Notes: a model not told the origin generated them from the sequence alone. Positions 9,838-20,600 are shown, counted from the first letter of the stretch. The stretch: 64,000 bases of DNA from Desulfomonilia bacterium (GCA_050014195.1 JBEKDT010000008.1:64001-128000), one strand, 5' to 3'. Numbers and translations: made by a program.

Positions 9838-11398
9838 TTTCCTTTCCCGGTGTGAGGGTGCAGGTAACCAGCGTGCCTCCGAGGGGGTCCGACTCGATCT
9901 TCAAGGAGGCATTGATCATCCTTGCCCGGTAGTTCATGATCCGCAGACCTATGCCGGACACGCCGGCAACATCCTTGATCCCGATGCCGTTGTCCAGGAT
10001 GGACAGGGATACTACCCCGCCGGTGTTCAGCAGGTCGATGGAGATTTTTGTGGCCTTGCCGTGCTCGATCGCATTGTGGATGGACTCCTTGGCGATATAG
10101 TAGAGGTGTGTGGCAAGGGTGTTGTTCCTGACAGGGACATGCCGGGGGCAGTTGAAGGCGCAGGAGATCCCGAAGATGTTCGATGTGCTTGCAGCTAGCT
10201 CCTCCAGTGAAGATTCCAAACCTTGGCTGGTGAGGTGCACCGGGCACAGCCCCCGGGCGAGCCTCCTGGTCTTCACGATGGCCTCCTTCACAAGCTGGTT
10301 GATCTCGCCCGCATAGCGCGTATCCTCCGGGGACAGAGATTCCAGTTTGTTCTTGAGCACCTTGGTCATGACATCGATGCCGATGAGGTGCTGGCCGAGG
10401 TCGTCGTGGAGCTCATAGCCGATCTTCTGGCGCTCCCGCTCGGAGATGTCCAAAACCTCTTTCTCAAGCTGTTTCATGGCAGTGATGTCTGTGATGACTG
10501 CGAAACCACCTGTAAAACGGCCCTGGGAGTCGTGCATGGCCCGCGGGGAGACAATGGTGTAGATGGGAGTTCCGTCGTGTCCCCTCCAGGTGACCTCGTA
10601 AGACTCGGGGGCGTCCTTTCTCCGCATATTGAGCATCCACAGACCCAGATCCCTTTCGCTGATGAACTCCCTGGTGGGGTGTCCGATGATCTCTTCGCGC
10701 GGCCGTTGGAGGATCTTGCAGATCTTGTCGTTTACATAGGTGATGACACCCCGGCGATTCTGGATGCCCAGGCCCTCGTTCATGGTCTCTACGAGCTGGC
10801 GGAACCGCTCTTCGCTGTCGCGAAGGGCCTTCTCGGCCTCGATGCGTTCGGAGATATCCACCATGGATGCGATACTCTGCCTGGTGCCCGGAATTATGGC
10901 GATGGTCATGAAGATATAGAGGGTTCCGCCGTCCTTGTTTATGATCTTGAATTCGTAGTTCCTTGGTGCTGAAGCGGGGTCCTGCCGCCTCATCTTATGG
11001 TACTCCAGCAGACGGTTGATGTCATCCTCCGCCACATATTTTGTCCAGGTCTGGCCTATGATCTCTTCCCGTGAGTATCCGGTGAAATTGGCGAAATCGG
11101 AGTTCATCATGGATATGGTGGTGTCTTCCTCGATGACGATGGTGGCGGTACCGGAATTTTCAAACAGGGTCCGATAAAAATTTTCCGAGTGTGTGAGCTC
11201 TTCCTCGATCTGAAGGTATTTCTGTGCCCGCTTCCTGAGATCCTCGGTTTCCTTTCGCAAGGAGCCGAGTTCATGTATGAGTTGTTGCTTCTTCTTTCTG
11301 TCGTCCCTCACGGGAGATGCTCCGCCATACCGTATTGCAGCGATTGTATCCGAGAACGCTCCGCCTGTCCACGGGATGGTGCTTGAGCGAAATCTCAC
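9818..11398 (-). CDS. Cytoplasmic PAS-PAS HisKA_3 sensor histidine kinase
   Basis: Two PAS domains, ERQKIGYELHDDLGQ H-box, DNGIG and GIGL ATPase motifs; the true start may be the GTG at 11311. Confidence 0.92.
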   Translation of the reverse strand: MRFRSSTIPWTGGAFSDTIAAIRYGGASPVRDDRKKKQQLIHELGSLRKETEDLRKRAQKYLQIEEELTHSENFYRTLFENSGTATIVIEEDTTISMMNSDFANFTGYSREEIIGQTWTKYVAEDDINRLLEYHKMRRQDPASAPRNYEFKIINKDGGTLYIFMTIAIIPGTRQSIASMVDISERIEAEKALRDSEERFRQLVETMNEGLGIQNRRGVITYVNDKICKILQRPREEIIGHPTREFISERDLGLWMLNMRRKDAPESYEVTWRGHDGTPIYTIVSPRAMHDSQGRFTGGFAVITDITAMKQLEKEVLDISERERQKIGYELHDDLGQHLIGIDVMTKVLKNKLESLSPEDTRYAGEINQLVKEAIVKTRRLARGLCPVHLTSQGLESSLEELAASTSNIFGISCAFNCPRHVPVRNNTLATHLYYIAKESIHNAIEHGKATKISIDLLNTGGVVSLSILDNGIGIKDVAGVSGIGLRIMNYRARMINASLKIESDPLGGTLVTCTLTPGKESDDAAG

Positions 11399-11462
11399 GA
11401 GAGAAAAATATGGGAATCCTTCCTAAAACCCGGATGCTGCATTTGAGAGAAATCTAAAGACT

Positions 11463-11484
11463 GTAGGAGCGGGTTTAGCCGCGA
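11463..11484 (+). repeat. GTAG-type REP-like sequence
   Basis: GTAGGAGCGGGTTTAGCCGCGA, a GTAG-led imperfect palindrome in an intergenic region. Confidence 0.5.
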
Positions 11485-11545
11485 CAGGAATAAGGGGTGC
11501 ACGAACTTTTTCGCGCCTGAAGATGCCGGGGTACGTAAAAGAATG

Positions 11546-12325
11546 CTACGATGTCAGTCTCACCGCGATACTACTTTGTTTCAGGAAGTCCTTGATCCCG
11601 GCGATGGTATACTCCTTGTAGTGGACCATGGAAGCTATGAGTGCTGCATCCGCATCGGCTTTTAAAAACACATCCCGGATATGTTCAGGCTTTCCTGCAC
11701 CGCCCGAGGCAATGACCGGGATGGTGACATTCCTTGATATCAGGGCGGTCAGTGTGAGCTCATAGCCTTGTGTCGTGCCGTCGGCATCAATAGAGTTCAG
11801 ACAGATCTCTCCTGCACCGAGGTCCTGGGCCTGTTTGGCCCACTGCAGGGCATCCATGCCCATGGGGGTTCTCCCGCCGTTGATCACTACCTCATAGCCG
11901 CATGGGATCTTATTGCTCGGTGTAACCTTCTTGGCATCCATTCCAAGCACGATACACTGGTTGCCGAAGTGCCGTGCCCCTTGAGAGAGGATCGGGGGGT
12001 TGAGCACGGCGGCGCTGTTGACGCTTATCTTCTCGGCCCCGGCGTCCAGCACCCGGTACATGTCATCGAGCGTGCGGATACCGCCCCCCACCGAGAAGGG
12101 GATGAAGATGTTCTCGGCAACGCCGCGCACCACCTCGATCATGATGTCCCTGCGGTCCGAAGATGCGGTGATATCATAGAATACCAGCTCATCCACGCCC
12201 TGCTCATAGTATTCCTTTGCCATCTCCACCGGGTCGCCGATGTCGATGTTGTTCATGAATTTTATGCCCTTGGTGGTCTTGCCGTCCCTCACGTCAAGGC
12301 AGATAATGATCCGTTTGCTGAGCAT
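11546..12325 (-). CDS. hisF: Imidazole glycerol phosphate synthase cyclase subunit
   Basis: [38 protein letters not shown] and ASGGAG motifs; start moved to ATG 12325. Confidence 0.96.
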   Translation of the reverse strand: MLSKRIIICLDVRDGKTTKGIKFMNNIDIGDPVEMAKEYYEQGVDELVFYDITASSDRRDIMIEVVRGVAENIFIPFSVGGGIRTLDDMYRVLDAGAEKISVNSAAVLNPPILSQGARHFGNQCIVLGMDAKKVTPSNKIPCGYEVVINGGRTPMGMDALQWAKQAQDLGAGEICLNSIDADGTTQGYELTLTALISRNVTIPVIASGGAGKPEHIRDVFLKADADAALIASMVHYKEYTIAGIKDFLKQSSIAVRLTS

Positions 12326-12462
12326 GTATGCCTCATAAGACAAACCAGTGGATTTTTCCAGCAGAATGTATGTGTGACCTCTTGCCGGGTTGAGAGGTTT
12401 GAAAAGCGCAGCCGAGGCGATGGAAAGACTACCCCCCGGCTGCACCGGGCATGGGTTCAACG

Positions 12463-14328
12463 TTATGAAGCAAAGCTCTCGTCTGCAATCTCCATGATGG
12501 AAAGGTCTTCGCTCTTGATGGCCTTCACCGTGCTGTCTACCTCGGGGAGTACGTTCTTGATAAAGTATTTCGCTGATTTCACCTTGCCGTCGTAGAAGGC
12601 TGCGTCCTTGTTCTCCTTGACAAAGGCGGCAATGGCGAATGGATCATTTGCATTGATACCCTTTTGACTGCAGAGGGCAGCGAGCTCTTTATGGGCTATC
12701 TGGGCCTCCCAGAGAAGGAGCCAGGCGCAGACGATCTTGCCCATCATCATGAGGAAGGGATATGCGTTGCCTACGGGGATGAGGAACTTGCCGGCCTTGC
12801 CGCAGGAGGCAAAGAACATCGCGATCTCCGCCAGGGCATTGACACCTGCCTGAACATCTTCCGCAAGACTTTTTAATGCCTCTATGCCCCGGGTATCGGC
12901 TACTGTTTTGTTCATCTCACCAAGCAGGGTCATAAAGTATGCGCCTTTCTTCATACCCATCTTCCTGCCTACGAGGTCAAGGGCCTGAATGCCATTGGTT
13001 CCCTCGTAAATGGAGGCGATCTTCTCATCGCGCATGAACTGCTCGATGGGGTACTCACTGCAGAAGCCGTATCCGCCGTAGCACTGCATGGCCGTCTCGG
13101 TCACCTTAAAGCCGATGTCCGAGCAGTAGGCTTTAATGATGGGGGTGAGAATCTCCACGATCCCCAGCCACTTTTCCGCATCGAGAGGATCCTTGAAGCT
13201 GGCGGCCCTGTCACCGCAGGTGGTGGCATAGTACATGAGCGCCCTCATGCCTTCCACATTGGACTTCATCCACAAGAGCATACGCCTGATATCCGGGTGC
13301 GAGATGATGGAGACACGTGGGGCCTCGGGGTTTTTAAACTCCAGGAGCGATGAGCCCTGGAGTCTCTCCTTGGTATACTGCAGGGCATGGAGGTAAGCGA
13401 TGGATGCGCTTGTGAGGCCCTGCAGTCCTGTTGCGATCCTCGCCTCGTTCATCATCTGGAACATGATTTTCATGCCTTCGCGCTCGTTGCCAAGGAGTTC
13501 TCCGTAGCAGTTGTTGTCGTCGCCGAAGTTGATGACGCAGGTGGAACTCCCGTGGATGCCCATCTTCTCCTCGATCTTGGCGATCTCGAAGTCGTTGCGC
13601 CTCCCCAGTGAACCGTCTCCATTGACCAGAAACTTGGGCACGATGAATATGGATATGCCCTTGGTGCCTGCAGGGTCGCCCTCGATCCTGGCAAGTACGG
13701 GATGGATGATGTTCTCGGTGAGATCCTGGTCGCCGCCGGTGATGAACATCTTGGTGCCATGGAGTTTGAAGGTGCCGTCGGGCTGTCGTACGGCCTTTGT
13801 GCTTAAGTTCCCCACGTCGGTTCCTGCGCCCGGCTCGGTCAGGCACATGGAGCCTCCCCACTGCCCGCTGACCATCTTGGGAAGGTATTTCTTTTTCTGC
13901 TCTTCAGCGCCATAGTTCTCGATGAGGTGTGCGGCGCCTTCGCCGAGACCAGGGTAGGAGGAAAATGCGAAGTTATGTACGAACCAGTCATGACCGGCAA
14001 TCCTCATGATAAAGGGAAGGCCCTGGCCGCCGTACTCCTGGGGTAACGACATACAGTTCCACCCGGCCCCGCAGAAGAGCTTGTATGGCTTATGGAAACA
14101 TTTCGGTACGTGCACCTGCCCGTTGACCAGCTTGCATCCTTCCTTGTCGGACTCGGCCAGGGTGGGTAGTAGCTCCTCCGCAGCAAACTTCTGGGCCTCG
14201 GTCAGGATCATCTCGAACATGTCCTTGGAGAAATCCGCATATCTCTCTGTCTCGCAGAGCTTTTCAATCTCGAGCATCTCAAACAAAACAAACTTCTGGT
14301 CCCTTTCATCTAAAATCAAATTGGCCAT
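12463..14328 (-). CDS. Acyl-CoA dehydrogenase (long, ~620-aa type)
   Basis: [34 protein letters not shown] and [13 protein letters not shown] motifs. Confidence 0.95.
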   Translation of the reverse strand: MANLILDERDQKFVLFEMLEIEKLCETERYADFSKDMFEMILTEAQKFAAEELLPTLAESDKEGCKLVNGQVHVPKCFHKPYKLFCGAGWNCMSLPQEYGGQGLPFIMRIAGHDWFVHNFAFSSYPGLGEGAAHLIENYGAEEQKKKYLPKMVSGQWGGSMCLTEPGAGTDVGNLSTKAVRQPDGTFKLHGTKMFITGGDQDLTENIIHPVLARIEGDPAGTKGISIFIVPKFLVNGDGSLGRRNDFEIAKIEEKMGIHGSSTCVINFGDDNNCYGELLGNEREGMKIMFQMMNEARIATGLQGLTSASIAYLHALQYTKERLQGSSLLEFKNPEAPRVSIISHPDIRRMLLWMKSNVEGMRALMYYATTCGDRAASFKDPLDAEKWLGIVEILTPIIKAYCSDIGFKVTETAMQCYGGYGFCSEYPIEQFMRDEKIASIYEGTNGIQALDLVGRKMGMKKGAYFMTLLGEMNKTVADTRGIEALKSLAEDVQAGVNALAEIAMFFASCGKAGKFLIPVGNAYPFLMMMGKIVCAWLLLWEAQIAHKELAALCSQKGINANDPFAIAAFVKENKDAAFYDGKVKSAKYFIKNVLPEVDSTVKAIKSEDLSIMEIADESFAS

Positions 14329-14566
14329 AGAATCCTCCCTCTCATGATTATCAATAGTTATTTGTTATGCAGTACCTTGGCCCTTAAACGGAATCGTGAG
14401 AGACCGTATACTGAGTTGAGTCCCGAAACAAGGGCCCTGGAGGATATATTGTATTACAATATGAACCTCTTACAGAGATAGAATCATGTTCGTTTGTCGT
14501 TGTCAAGTCGCTAAGCGATTACAAAGATGTGAATGAGAGATTGAGGCGGATGTATGGATACTATTC

Positions 14567-15604
14567 TTATGCGCGCTTATGCGGATTGTCCGGTCCGTTT
14601 TCGTGCATCCGGGGGGGCGATAGGCGTTTGATATGTGCCAGGGCCTTGCGGTTGAGGAGGACCTCCTTTCTTAAAAAATGGATCTGGGAGGCAAGGAATC
14701 CAAAAGATAAGATCTGGATGCCGCCCAGTATGAAAAGGATCATGAGGGTGGTCAGGGGTCGGTTTGGATTGAGGATATGACCGTAGTAGAGAAACAGGAT
14801 GTATCCGCCTATCCCCATACCTATGAGGAAGAGCACAACGCCCACAAAGCCGAAGAGCAGGGCAGGCCGCTCGAAAATAGTGAACAGAAGGTGAGAGACC
14901 GCCGTTGACTTGAAGACGAATTTTGATGCGCCCTTTTTCCGTGAGGTGAGCACGGCAGGGATCTCTCTGACCCGAAACCCCATGGCAAGCAGTTTGGAAA
15001 GGATCTCCAGGTGTATCTCCTTGCCGTTGGATTCCAGGTCGAGGCTGCTGATGACCTCATTACGATAACACCGCACGATACAGGTGAGGGTATGGATCTT
15101 TTCAGGCAGGGCCAACTGGAGAATCTTGTTACCCATCATGGAGACGAAGAGCCTGTCCTTGGGGACACCCTCGGTTCCGCCGCCCTTCATATAAGGACTC
15201 ACGAGCACAACATCGATGTCGCTCTCATTGTCGAGCACTTGTGCCATCTGAAGGATGTAGGCAGGGTCATAGGAAAGGTCGGCGTCGATGGTGGCGATGT
15301 ATCTGCCGCGGGCCGCCTTGAACCCGTATCTGATGGCCTTGCCCCTGCCGCCGTTCTTCCAGTAGGAGACTACATGAACATGTGGGTCTTTTGATGCGAT
15401 CTCATCCAAGATATCAAGGGTGCCGTCCGTGCTGCCGTCATTGACAGGGATGATCTCATAGGGCTCACCTGTTCCCTTCAGGAGGCTTTCCACACGGGCG
15501 ATCGTGTCCGGGGCGTTCTCCTCTTCATTGAACATGGGGATGATCACGCTGATCTTTACCGGGTAATCATCCGGCTCTATACCCACTTCAGCACCCTTGT
15601 GCAT
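14567..15604 (-). CDS. GT2 polyprenol-phosphate glycosyltransferase with two C-terminal TM helices
   Basis: SVIIPMFNEEE, VNDGSTD and IDADL (DxD) motifs; two hydrophobic segments; ATG 15604 lies 6 nt after a TATGAT -10-like box (probably leaderless). Confidence 0.9.
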   Translation of the reverse strand: MHKGAEVGIEPDDYPVKISVIIPMFNEEENAPDTIARVESLLKGTGEPYEIIPVNDGSTDGTLDILDEIASKDPHVHVVSYWKNGGRGKAIRYGFKAARGRYIATIDADLSYDPAYILQMAQVLDNESDIDVVLVSPYMKGGGTEGVPKDRLFVSMMGNKILQLALPEKIHTLTCIVRCYRNEVISSLDLESNGKEIHLEILSKLLAMGFRVREIPAVLTSRKKGASKFVFKSTAVSHLLFTIFERPALLFGFVGVVLFLIGMGIGGYILFLYYGHILNPNRPLTTLMILFILGGIQILSFGFLASQIHFLRKEVLLNRKALAHIKRLSPPRMHENGPDNPHKRA

Positions 15605-15729
15605 GGTTTGATCATATCGAATATTCAAATTGTTGTATAGGAATTCTTTGATCGAAAGTGGAAGCCTGAAGAGATAAAAAGGTGCGAACCGTCTTGATTG
15701 TCCCCTGTTCACTCATGTTGACCCATGTA

Positions 15730-15820
15730 CAGACAAAGATCTCCCCCGATGGGAGATCTTTATAAAACTTTGGAGGAGGAACGAGGCCGGGAAATAATAT
15801 CTTAGTTTTTCGTGAGGCTA
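15730..15820 (-). ncRNA. Candidate sigma54-dependent small RNA (or attenuated leader)
   Basis: Lies between a perfect -24/-12 promoter and an 11-bp hairpin (15735-15761) followed by U-rich sequence; contains UUCCUCCUCC. Confidence 0.45.
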
Positions 15821-15830
15821 CCATATATAA

Positions 15831-15847
15831 TGCAATGGGGGTGCCAA
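15831..15847 (-). promoter_or_regulatory. Sigma54 (RpoN) promoter
   Basis: TTGGCACCCCCATTGCA on the minus strand is an exact TGGCAC-N5-TTGC match; near-IHF site AATCAT-N4-TTG just upstream. Confidence 0.8.
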
Positions 15848-16072
15848 TGACTGAAATTGTCCAACATAATGATTATACTTATAAATAAATCTCAGCTTCG
15901 AATGCGGATCATGGGGTGAGTGAAAAGAAATGCCCATTTTCTCTAAGGGATTTCCAATTCTTCCATGAGGCCCCGGAAGGAGGGGCGATCGACTTTGTCA
16001 GGCATGATAGTCTTCGGTGATCAAGTTCTCACATTACGAATGAATGCACAGTGGTATGAAGAGAGATGCCGA

Positions 16073-16906
16073 CTATGGTTTGAGGCGGTTGATGAATTTT
16101 GTTAAGAGTTCTTCTTCAAGGCCGTAATCGCCGAGTGAGAATGCATTCCTGCCGGGGCCGTGGAAATCGGTGCCGCCTGTGACCAAGAGCCCCAGCCTGG
16201 AGGCCAGACCGGTGTAGAGTGCTGTCTGCTCCGGGGTGTGCTCGGGGTAAAGGACCTCGATCCCGGCAAGGCCGGCCCCCATGAGGTCCTTGATAAATGC
16301 CTCCAATCCCTGTGAGCCCAGACCCAAGGTGTAGGGGTGGGCGAGCACCGGCAGGCCCCCAAAATGTACAATGAGGGAGACGGCCTTCTTCCAGGTCATC
16401 TTTTCCTTGGGCACATAGGCCTTCCTGCCTTTGCCGAGGTACTCATCGAATGCCTCATCGAAGGAACGGACATACCCTTTCTTGAGCAGGGCCTTTGCAA
16501 TGTGGGGCCTGCCGATCTGTGCATCCTTTGCCTCTTTCAGGACATCTGCTTCGGTAAGCATACACCCGAGGGCATTGAGTTTTTTAATGACCTTGGGGAT
16601 CCTTTCCCTGCGGGCTGTCTGCACCTGCTTAAGGGCCTCCTCAAGACCATGAGGGTTGGCGGGGAAATATCCCAGGATGTGAAGCATGCCCGGATCATAT
16701 TCAGCGCTGATCTCTACGCCCGCAATAACCCGGATGCCATGTGTCTTTATGGAATTCAGCACATTTTGAACCCCTGCAAGCGTGTCATGATCGGTCAGGG
16801 CGATAGCCTTAAGGTTCAGGTGCGCTGAGAGTGTAATGAGTTTCTCCGGGCTCAGATCGCCGTCGGATGCGGTTGAGTGGGTGTGAAGATCGGCCTTAAC
16901 AAGCAA
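16073..16906 (-). CDS. PHP-family metal-dependent phosphoesterase (YciV/TrpH-like)
   Basis: DLHTHSTASDG, TDHD, GRPHIA, LAHP and GGTDFHG motifs. Confidence 0.93.
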   Translation of the reverse strand: MLVKADLHTHSTASDGDLSPEKLITLSAHLNLKAIALTDHDTLAGVQNVLNSIKTHGIRVIAGVEISAEYDPGMLHILGYFPANPHGLEEALKQVQTARRERIPKVIKKLNALGCMLTEADVLKEAKDAQIGRPHIAKALLKKGYVRSFDEAFDEYLGKGRKAYVPKEKMTWKKAVSLIVHFGGLPVLAHPYTLGLGSQGLEAFIKDLMGAGLAGIEVLYPEHTPEQTALYTGLASRLGLLVTGGTDFHGPGRNAFSLGDYGLEEELLTKFINRLKP

Positions 16907-16917
16907 AGCTTAATCTT

Positions 16918-17283
16918 TCATATGGGGACCGTGGTTTCCAGGACTTGTGCGATCTTTTTCTTGAGTTCGGTGAGGTCGGAGGATTTTACGACGTATGCAT
17001 CTGCGGCGATGGACTTGATGTCAACCTTATAGCTTCCATAGGCGCTGCAGAGGATCACGGGAAGGTTGTAGAACTTGTTCCTGATCTCCTGAAGGACGTC
17101 CAGGCCGTTACTGGAGACCATCTTGATATCAAGGATGATGACATCGGGTTTTTCCTTCTCGATGCGCTCCAGTATCCCTGAACCGTCTGAGGCAACAGCC
17201 ACCTCATAGCCTTCCTCTTCCAGCTCTTCGGCATAGAGCAGCCTGATGTGCTTCTCGTCATCGACGATCAATACCTTTGGCAT
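16918..17283 (-). CDS. Single-domain response regulator (REC)
   Basis: VDDE, LDIKM phospho-Asp, CSAY and VVKS motifs. Confidence 0.93.
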   Translation of the reverse strand: MPKVLIVDDEKHIRLLYAEELEEEGYEVAVASDGSGILERIEKEKPDVIILDIKMVSSNGLDVLQEIRNKFYNLPVILCSAYGSYKVDIKSIAADAYVVKSSDLTELKKKIAQVLETTVPI

Positions 17284-17298
17284 TGAGAGCTCCTTTCT

Positions 17299-18516
17299 CT
17301 ATTGGCTCCACCGATAGGTGAGATATGGCTTGCTCTGTTCGAATACGAGGCACATATCTTCCAAATACTCCTCTGCCTGTTGATGGGACATTCCCTCGGT
17401 CTTGTTCACGAACGATAAGGTCATGCCGTAGTACAGGGGGACGAGGATATCGATGAGCTTACCCCGATCGAGGGTCTTCTTATGGTAGCCGATGGCGCAA
17501 TCGAAAAGGACACGTGCCCAAACGGGGATGGGCATTTCGAAGTGATCGATGTCGAGCGATGCGATCTCCCTGATCTTTTGGATATTCTCACTGGAAAACA
17601 TGGATCTGTAGACATCCCAGTGATTGTTGAACCCCTCCCTGAATTTTATATAGAGTTTGTCTTTGCTCACCTTGATGGCAGGCGGCGCTTCCACGTCGCC
17701 TATGCCGAATCCGAAGATGGCCGTGGGCTTGCTCCATTTGGTTGTTGCCCATTTGTCATGGAACACGCCCATGAGGTTGAACATGGTGATCACCATCTGG
17801 CGGAACATGGTGCCTACCTCCAGGGTGGGGTCCCTGGGTTTGCTGATCTTGGGCTTGCCCAGAAATGCCTGGCATATGGGAACGCCCTCATTCACGGCAA
17901 TGGTTGTCATCCATATGTCGATGCCGAACTGGCTCACATCCTCATCCCACAGGGGGCTTTTCAGAAAGATGCCCGCCATCTTTCCCGACAAACCGAAGTC
18001 CCCTCCGATCGGTTGCCGCACCCTCCTGCCGTACAGACTCCGGGTGAGAGGGTAGGCGATATTGTTGGTAATGGTGCCGTCATATTTATGCCTGACATAC
18101 AGGGGCGCCACAAATGCGAAGTCTTTGAAGACAGGTTCTGCAAGGTTTTTGATCCACAGCGGTGTTATGCTCTTGAGGCTGGCATCGATGATGACTGCTG
18201 CCTTTGCATCGAGTTCCAGGACTTTTCTCAACAGGTTTTTCACGTTGTTTCCCCTGCCCCTGATGCCCCTGGGTGTGGAGACATACATTTGAGGGATGCC
18301 ATGGGAGTCTGTATCCCTGAAGGCTTTGCCGGTCCCGTCGGTGCTGCTGTTGTCGCAGTTGATGATGACGCTGTCCAGATCTTTGAAGTAATCCTTCAAC
18401 CCCAGGCAAGCCTGCTCGGTGGGATATGCGATGTTGGATGCCTCGTTATAGGACGGAATACCTACGACGAGGTCGGCCTTTGTGATCCCACTGGGGTTGT
18501 CCTCCTGAAACTTCAT
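17299..18516 (-). CDS. Glucosylglycerate-synthase-like glycosyltransferase
   Basis: VVGIPSYNEA, PLYVRHKYDGTITNNIAYPLTRSLYG, RQPIGGDFG and FGIDIWMT motifs, characteristic of Ggs/Mgs-type enzymes. Confidence 0.8.
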   Translation of the reverse strand: MKFQEDNPSGITKADLVVGIPSYNEASNIAYPTEQACLGLKDYFKDLDSVIINCDNSSTDGTGKAFRDTDSHGIPQMYVSTPRGIRGRGNNVKNLLRKVLELDAKAAVIIDASLKSITPLWIKNLAEPVFKDFAFVAPLYVRHKYDGTITNNIAYPLTRSLYGRRVRQPIGGDFGLSGKMAGIFLKSPLWDEDVSQFGIDIWMTTIAVNEGVPICQAFLGKPKISKPRDPTLEVGTMFRQMVITMFNLMGVFHDKWATTKWSKPTAIFGFGIGDVEAPPAIKVSKDKLYIKFREGFNNHWDVYRSMFSSENIQKIREIASLDIDHFEMPIPVWARVLFDCAIGYHKKTLDRGKLIDILVPLYYGMTLSFVNKTEGMSHQQAEEYLEDMCLVFEQSKPYLTYRWSQ

Positions 18517-19061
18517 CCCTTCTCCCTATGATTTTGAGATGATACAGATAGATCTTTATTGTCCGATATTTCGTAAAGGGTGGCAATAGAAAAATATCAC
18601 TTTTTCAAGTGAGGAAGCACGGGATACCATCCTGCCCTTTATATCCGTGCGATTTTGGCCGAGAGTGCCTTTTAGACGATTATCCCTTAAGTTCTATTTT
18701 CAGTGAATATGCAAAGGGTCCACTGTCAGCTCTTGTTTTAGTGTTGGTTTTCTATTTGTAAGATCAAGTTGTAGCTAAGATAGATAATATCTATTACAGG
18801 AAACCCTTTTCTTCTTTATGTGGAAAATATTTTCATACTATCATAATAATTTCACTTTCTAAAAACAATATAACTATTCGAAATTCAGAGTGCTCGATAA
18901 TTAACTACATGTTTATACCTGATGATGCACTAGAATTAGTTTAGTAATTTCCAGACATTTTTTTGGCACATCTTATGTTATCCAAAAGATGTGGACATAT
19001 TACTTTCTCAAAGACAATTCACAAAAGCGAATCCCCAGGAAAAGAAGAAAGGAAAGAAGAC

Positions 19062-20600
19062 ATGAGCATGGATAAAAAATCACTGACGCAGATAGAGCAT
19101 GAATGCGGACGCAGCTCCCATAAGTGCGCTCCGGAAAATGAATGCCAGATATTCTATAGACTGCCATTTTCCTACCTGAAAACGCATGAGGAGAGGGAAA
19201 GGGATGCATGGCTATCCATGCAGACTATCCTTGAACAAGTCCGAGCGTCTTTATGCGAACCTTATTCTCTCATGATGGAAAAAGATGCTCAGGGAAAATC
19301 ATTTCCTCCAAATCATCGGGAATATTCTTTTCACAACGGGCTGATCATGAAAGCCGCATCTGATTGGTCAGATCTATGGATCAGATTCAACCGGGGAGAT
19401 GCGGTTCATGAACAAAGTATTCGAGAAGCCCTTGAGATCCTGGATAAGATCATGGTGTCCCTATCGCGTCCCGTTTATAGGTATGTCAAAACCGGGGCCG
19501 GTTTCAATGCCTGCCCAAACCGGAACCACGAATGGGCGGAACAAACCCGCGCCTTCATCGGCGTGGATGCAGGCTCTATTTCCATCAATACCGCCGTAGT
19601 GGATGAGGACGGGGTCATCCTGGAAACAGACTACACCCTGACCGAGGGCGATGTGCTCAACAATATCAAGAAATCCCTGGCTAATATCTCCACCCGGCTT
19701 CCCAGTAATCTGAAAATACTGGGAGCGGGTGTTACCGGCAGCGGGCATGAGATTGCCATGGCAGTATTGGATGCGGATGTGTATGAGACAGAGCTTGACG
19801 CTCATGCCGAGGCGGCCATCCACATGGTGCCCGGCGCACGAGTGGTGTTTGATATTGGCGGACAGGACTCCAAGGTGATGTTCCTCGAGAATGGGTTTCT
19901 GGACGAGGCCGGTATGAACAAAAAATGTGGGGCCGGCACCGGTGCGTTCCTGGATGCCCAGGCTGCAAGGCTCGGCATTCCTATTGAAAAATTCGGCGAG
20001 GTATCGTTGCGCGCCAAAAAGCCCTACAGCTTTTCCTGCATGTGCACGGTATTCGTGGGCCGCGACCTGATCTCCGAACAGGCCAAAGGCAACACCAAGG
20101 AAAATATCATTGCGGGTTTGCATAAGTCCCTGGCCATGAACTTCTTCTCCACCCTCGGCATTGATAAGAAGAAGCTGAAACCACCCATTGTCTTCCAGGG
20201 CGGGGTAGCCGCCAACATCGGCGTAAAAAGGGCGCTCGAAGAATGCCTGTCCGAGGCAAGGGGAGAAAAATGCGAGATTATCGTGCCCATGCGCCACAAC
20301 GTCATGGGCGCCATAGGCATGGCGCTGATCGCCCGGAAACAAGCAACCCTGGGAACGAAATTCCGGGGCTTTGAACTGTCGGCAAGGATTTTCAGTTTAT
20401 TCGAAGAGTGTGACCTGCATGGGAAAGTCGGTTGCAAAAAAGAGAGGATCTGTGACTTGGTGAAGCTCTTCATCGGCAATGAACGGGTACACACACTTTA
20501 TGCCTGCAAGGAATACTTCCCGATACTAGAGAATACAGAGAGCGAGGAGCAACAGTGGACAGACCGAAGATTGGCTGGTTCTGCACCTATACACCCATAG
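19062..20600 (+). CDS. CoA-dehydratase/reductase activase (HgdC/BadFG ASKHA ATPase) with an N-terminal extension
   Basis: GVDAGS, GVTGSG, DIGGQDSK, MNKKCGAGTG, CTVF and QGGVAAN motifs; start at ATG 19062 preferred over TTG 18963. Confidence 0.88.
   Translation: MSMDKKSLTQIEHECGRSSHKCAPENECQIFYRLPFSYLKTHEERERDAWLSMQTILEQVRASLCEPYSLMMEKDAQGKSFPPNHREYSFHNGLIMKAASDWSDLWIRFNRGDAVHEQSIREALEILDKIMVSLSRPVYRYVKTGAGFNACPNRNHEWAEQTRAFIGVDAGSISINTAVVDEDGVILETDYTLTEGDVLNNIKKSLANISTRLPSNLKILGAGVTGSGHEIAMAVLDADVYETELDAHAEAAIHMVPGARVVFDIGGQDSKVMFLENGFLDEAGMNKKCGAGTGAFLDAQAARLGIPIEKFGEVSLRAKKPYSFSCMCTVFVGRDLISEQAKGNTKENIIAGLHKSLAMNFFSTLGIDKKKLKPPIVFQGGVAANIGVKRALEECLSEARGEKCEIIVPMRHNVMGAIGMALIARKQATLGTKFRGFELSARIFSLFEECDLHGKVGCKKERICDLVKLFIGNERVHTLYACKEYFPILENTESEEQQWTDRRLAGSAPIHP

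Noticed and set aside
12326-12460. 44-aa N-terminal extension of hisF in the ORF track
   Set aside because: Homology starts at MLSKRII (12325); the region instead holds hairpins that probably terminate the upstream gene
14379-14436. Three-way-junction-like fold with CTGA...GAAAC resembling a hammerhead ribozyme upstream of the acyl-CoA dehydrogenase
   Set aside because: The core is CTGAGTTGA rather than CUGAnGA, there is no stem II, and the NUH cleavage triplet does not fit; at most an ordinary leader hairpin (GGCCCTT/AAGGGCC)
15612-15824. 70-aa ORF downstream of the sigma54 promoter
   Set aside because: Its ATG lies upstream of the predicted transcription start, it has no RBS, and it runs through a terminator-like hairpin
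18520-18960. Long AT-rich intergenic region examined for a riboswitch or tRNA
   Set aside because: No recognisable aptamer, tRNA arms or strong hairpin; consistent with divergent promoters
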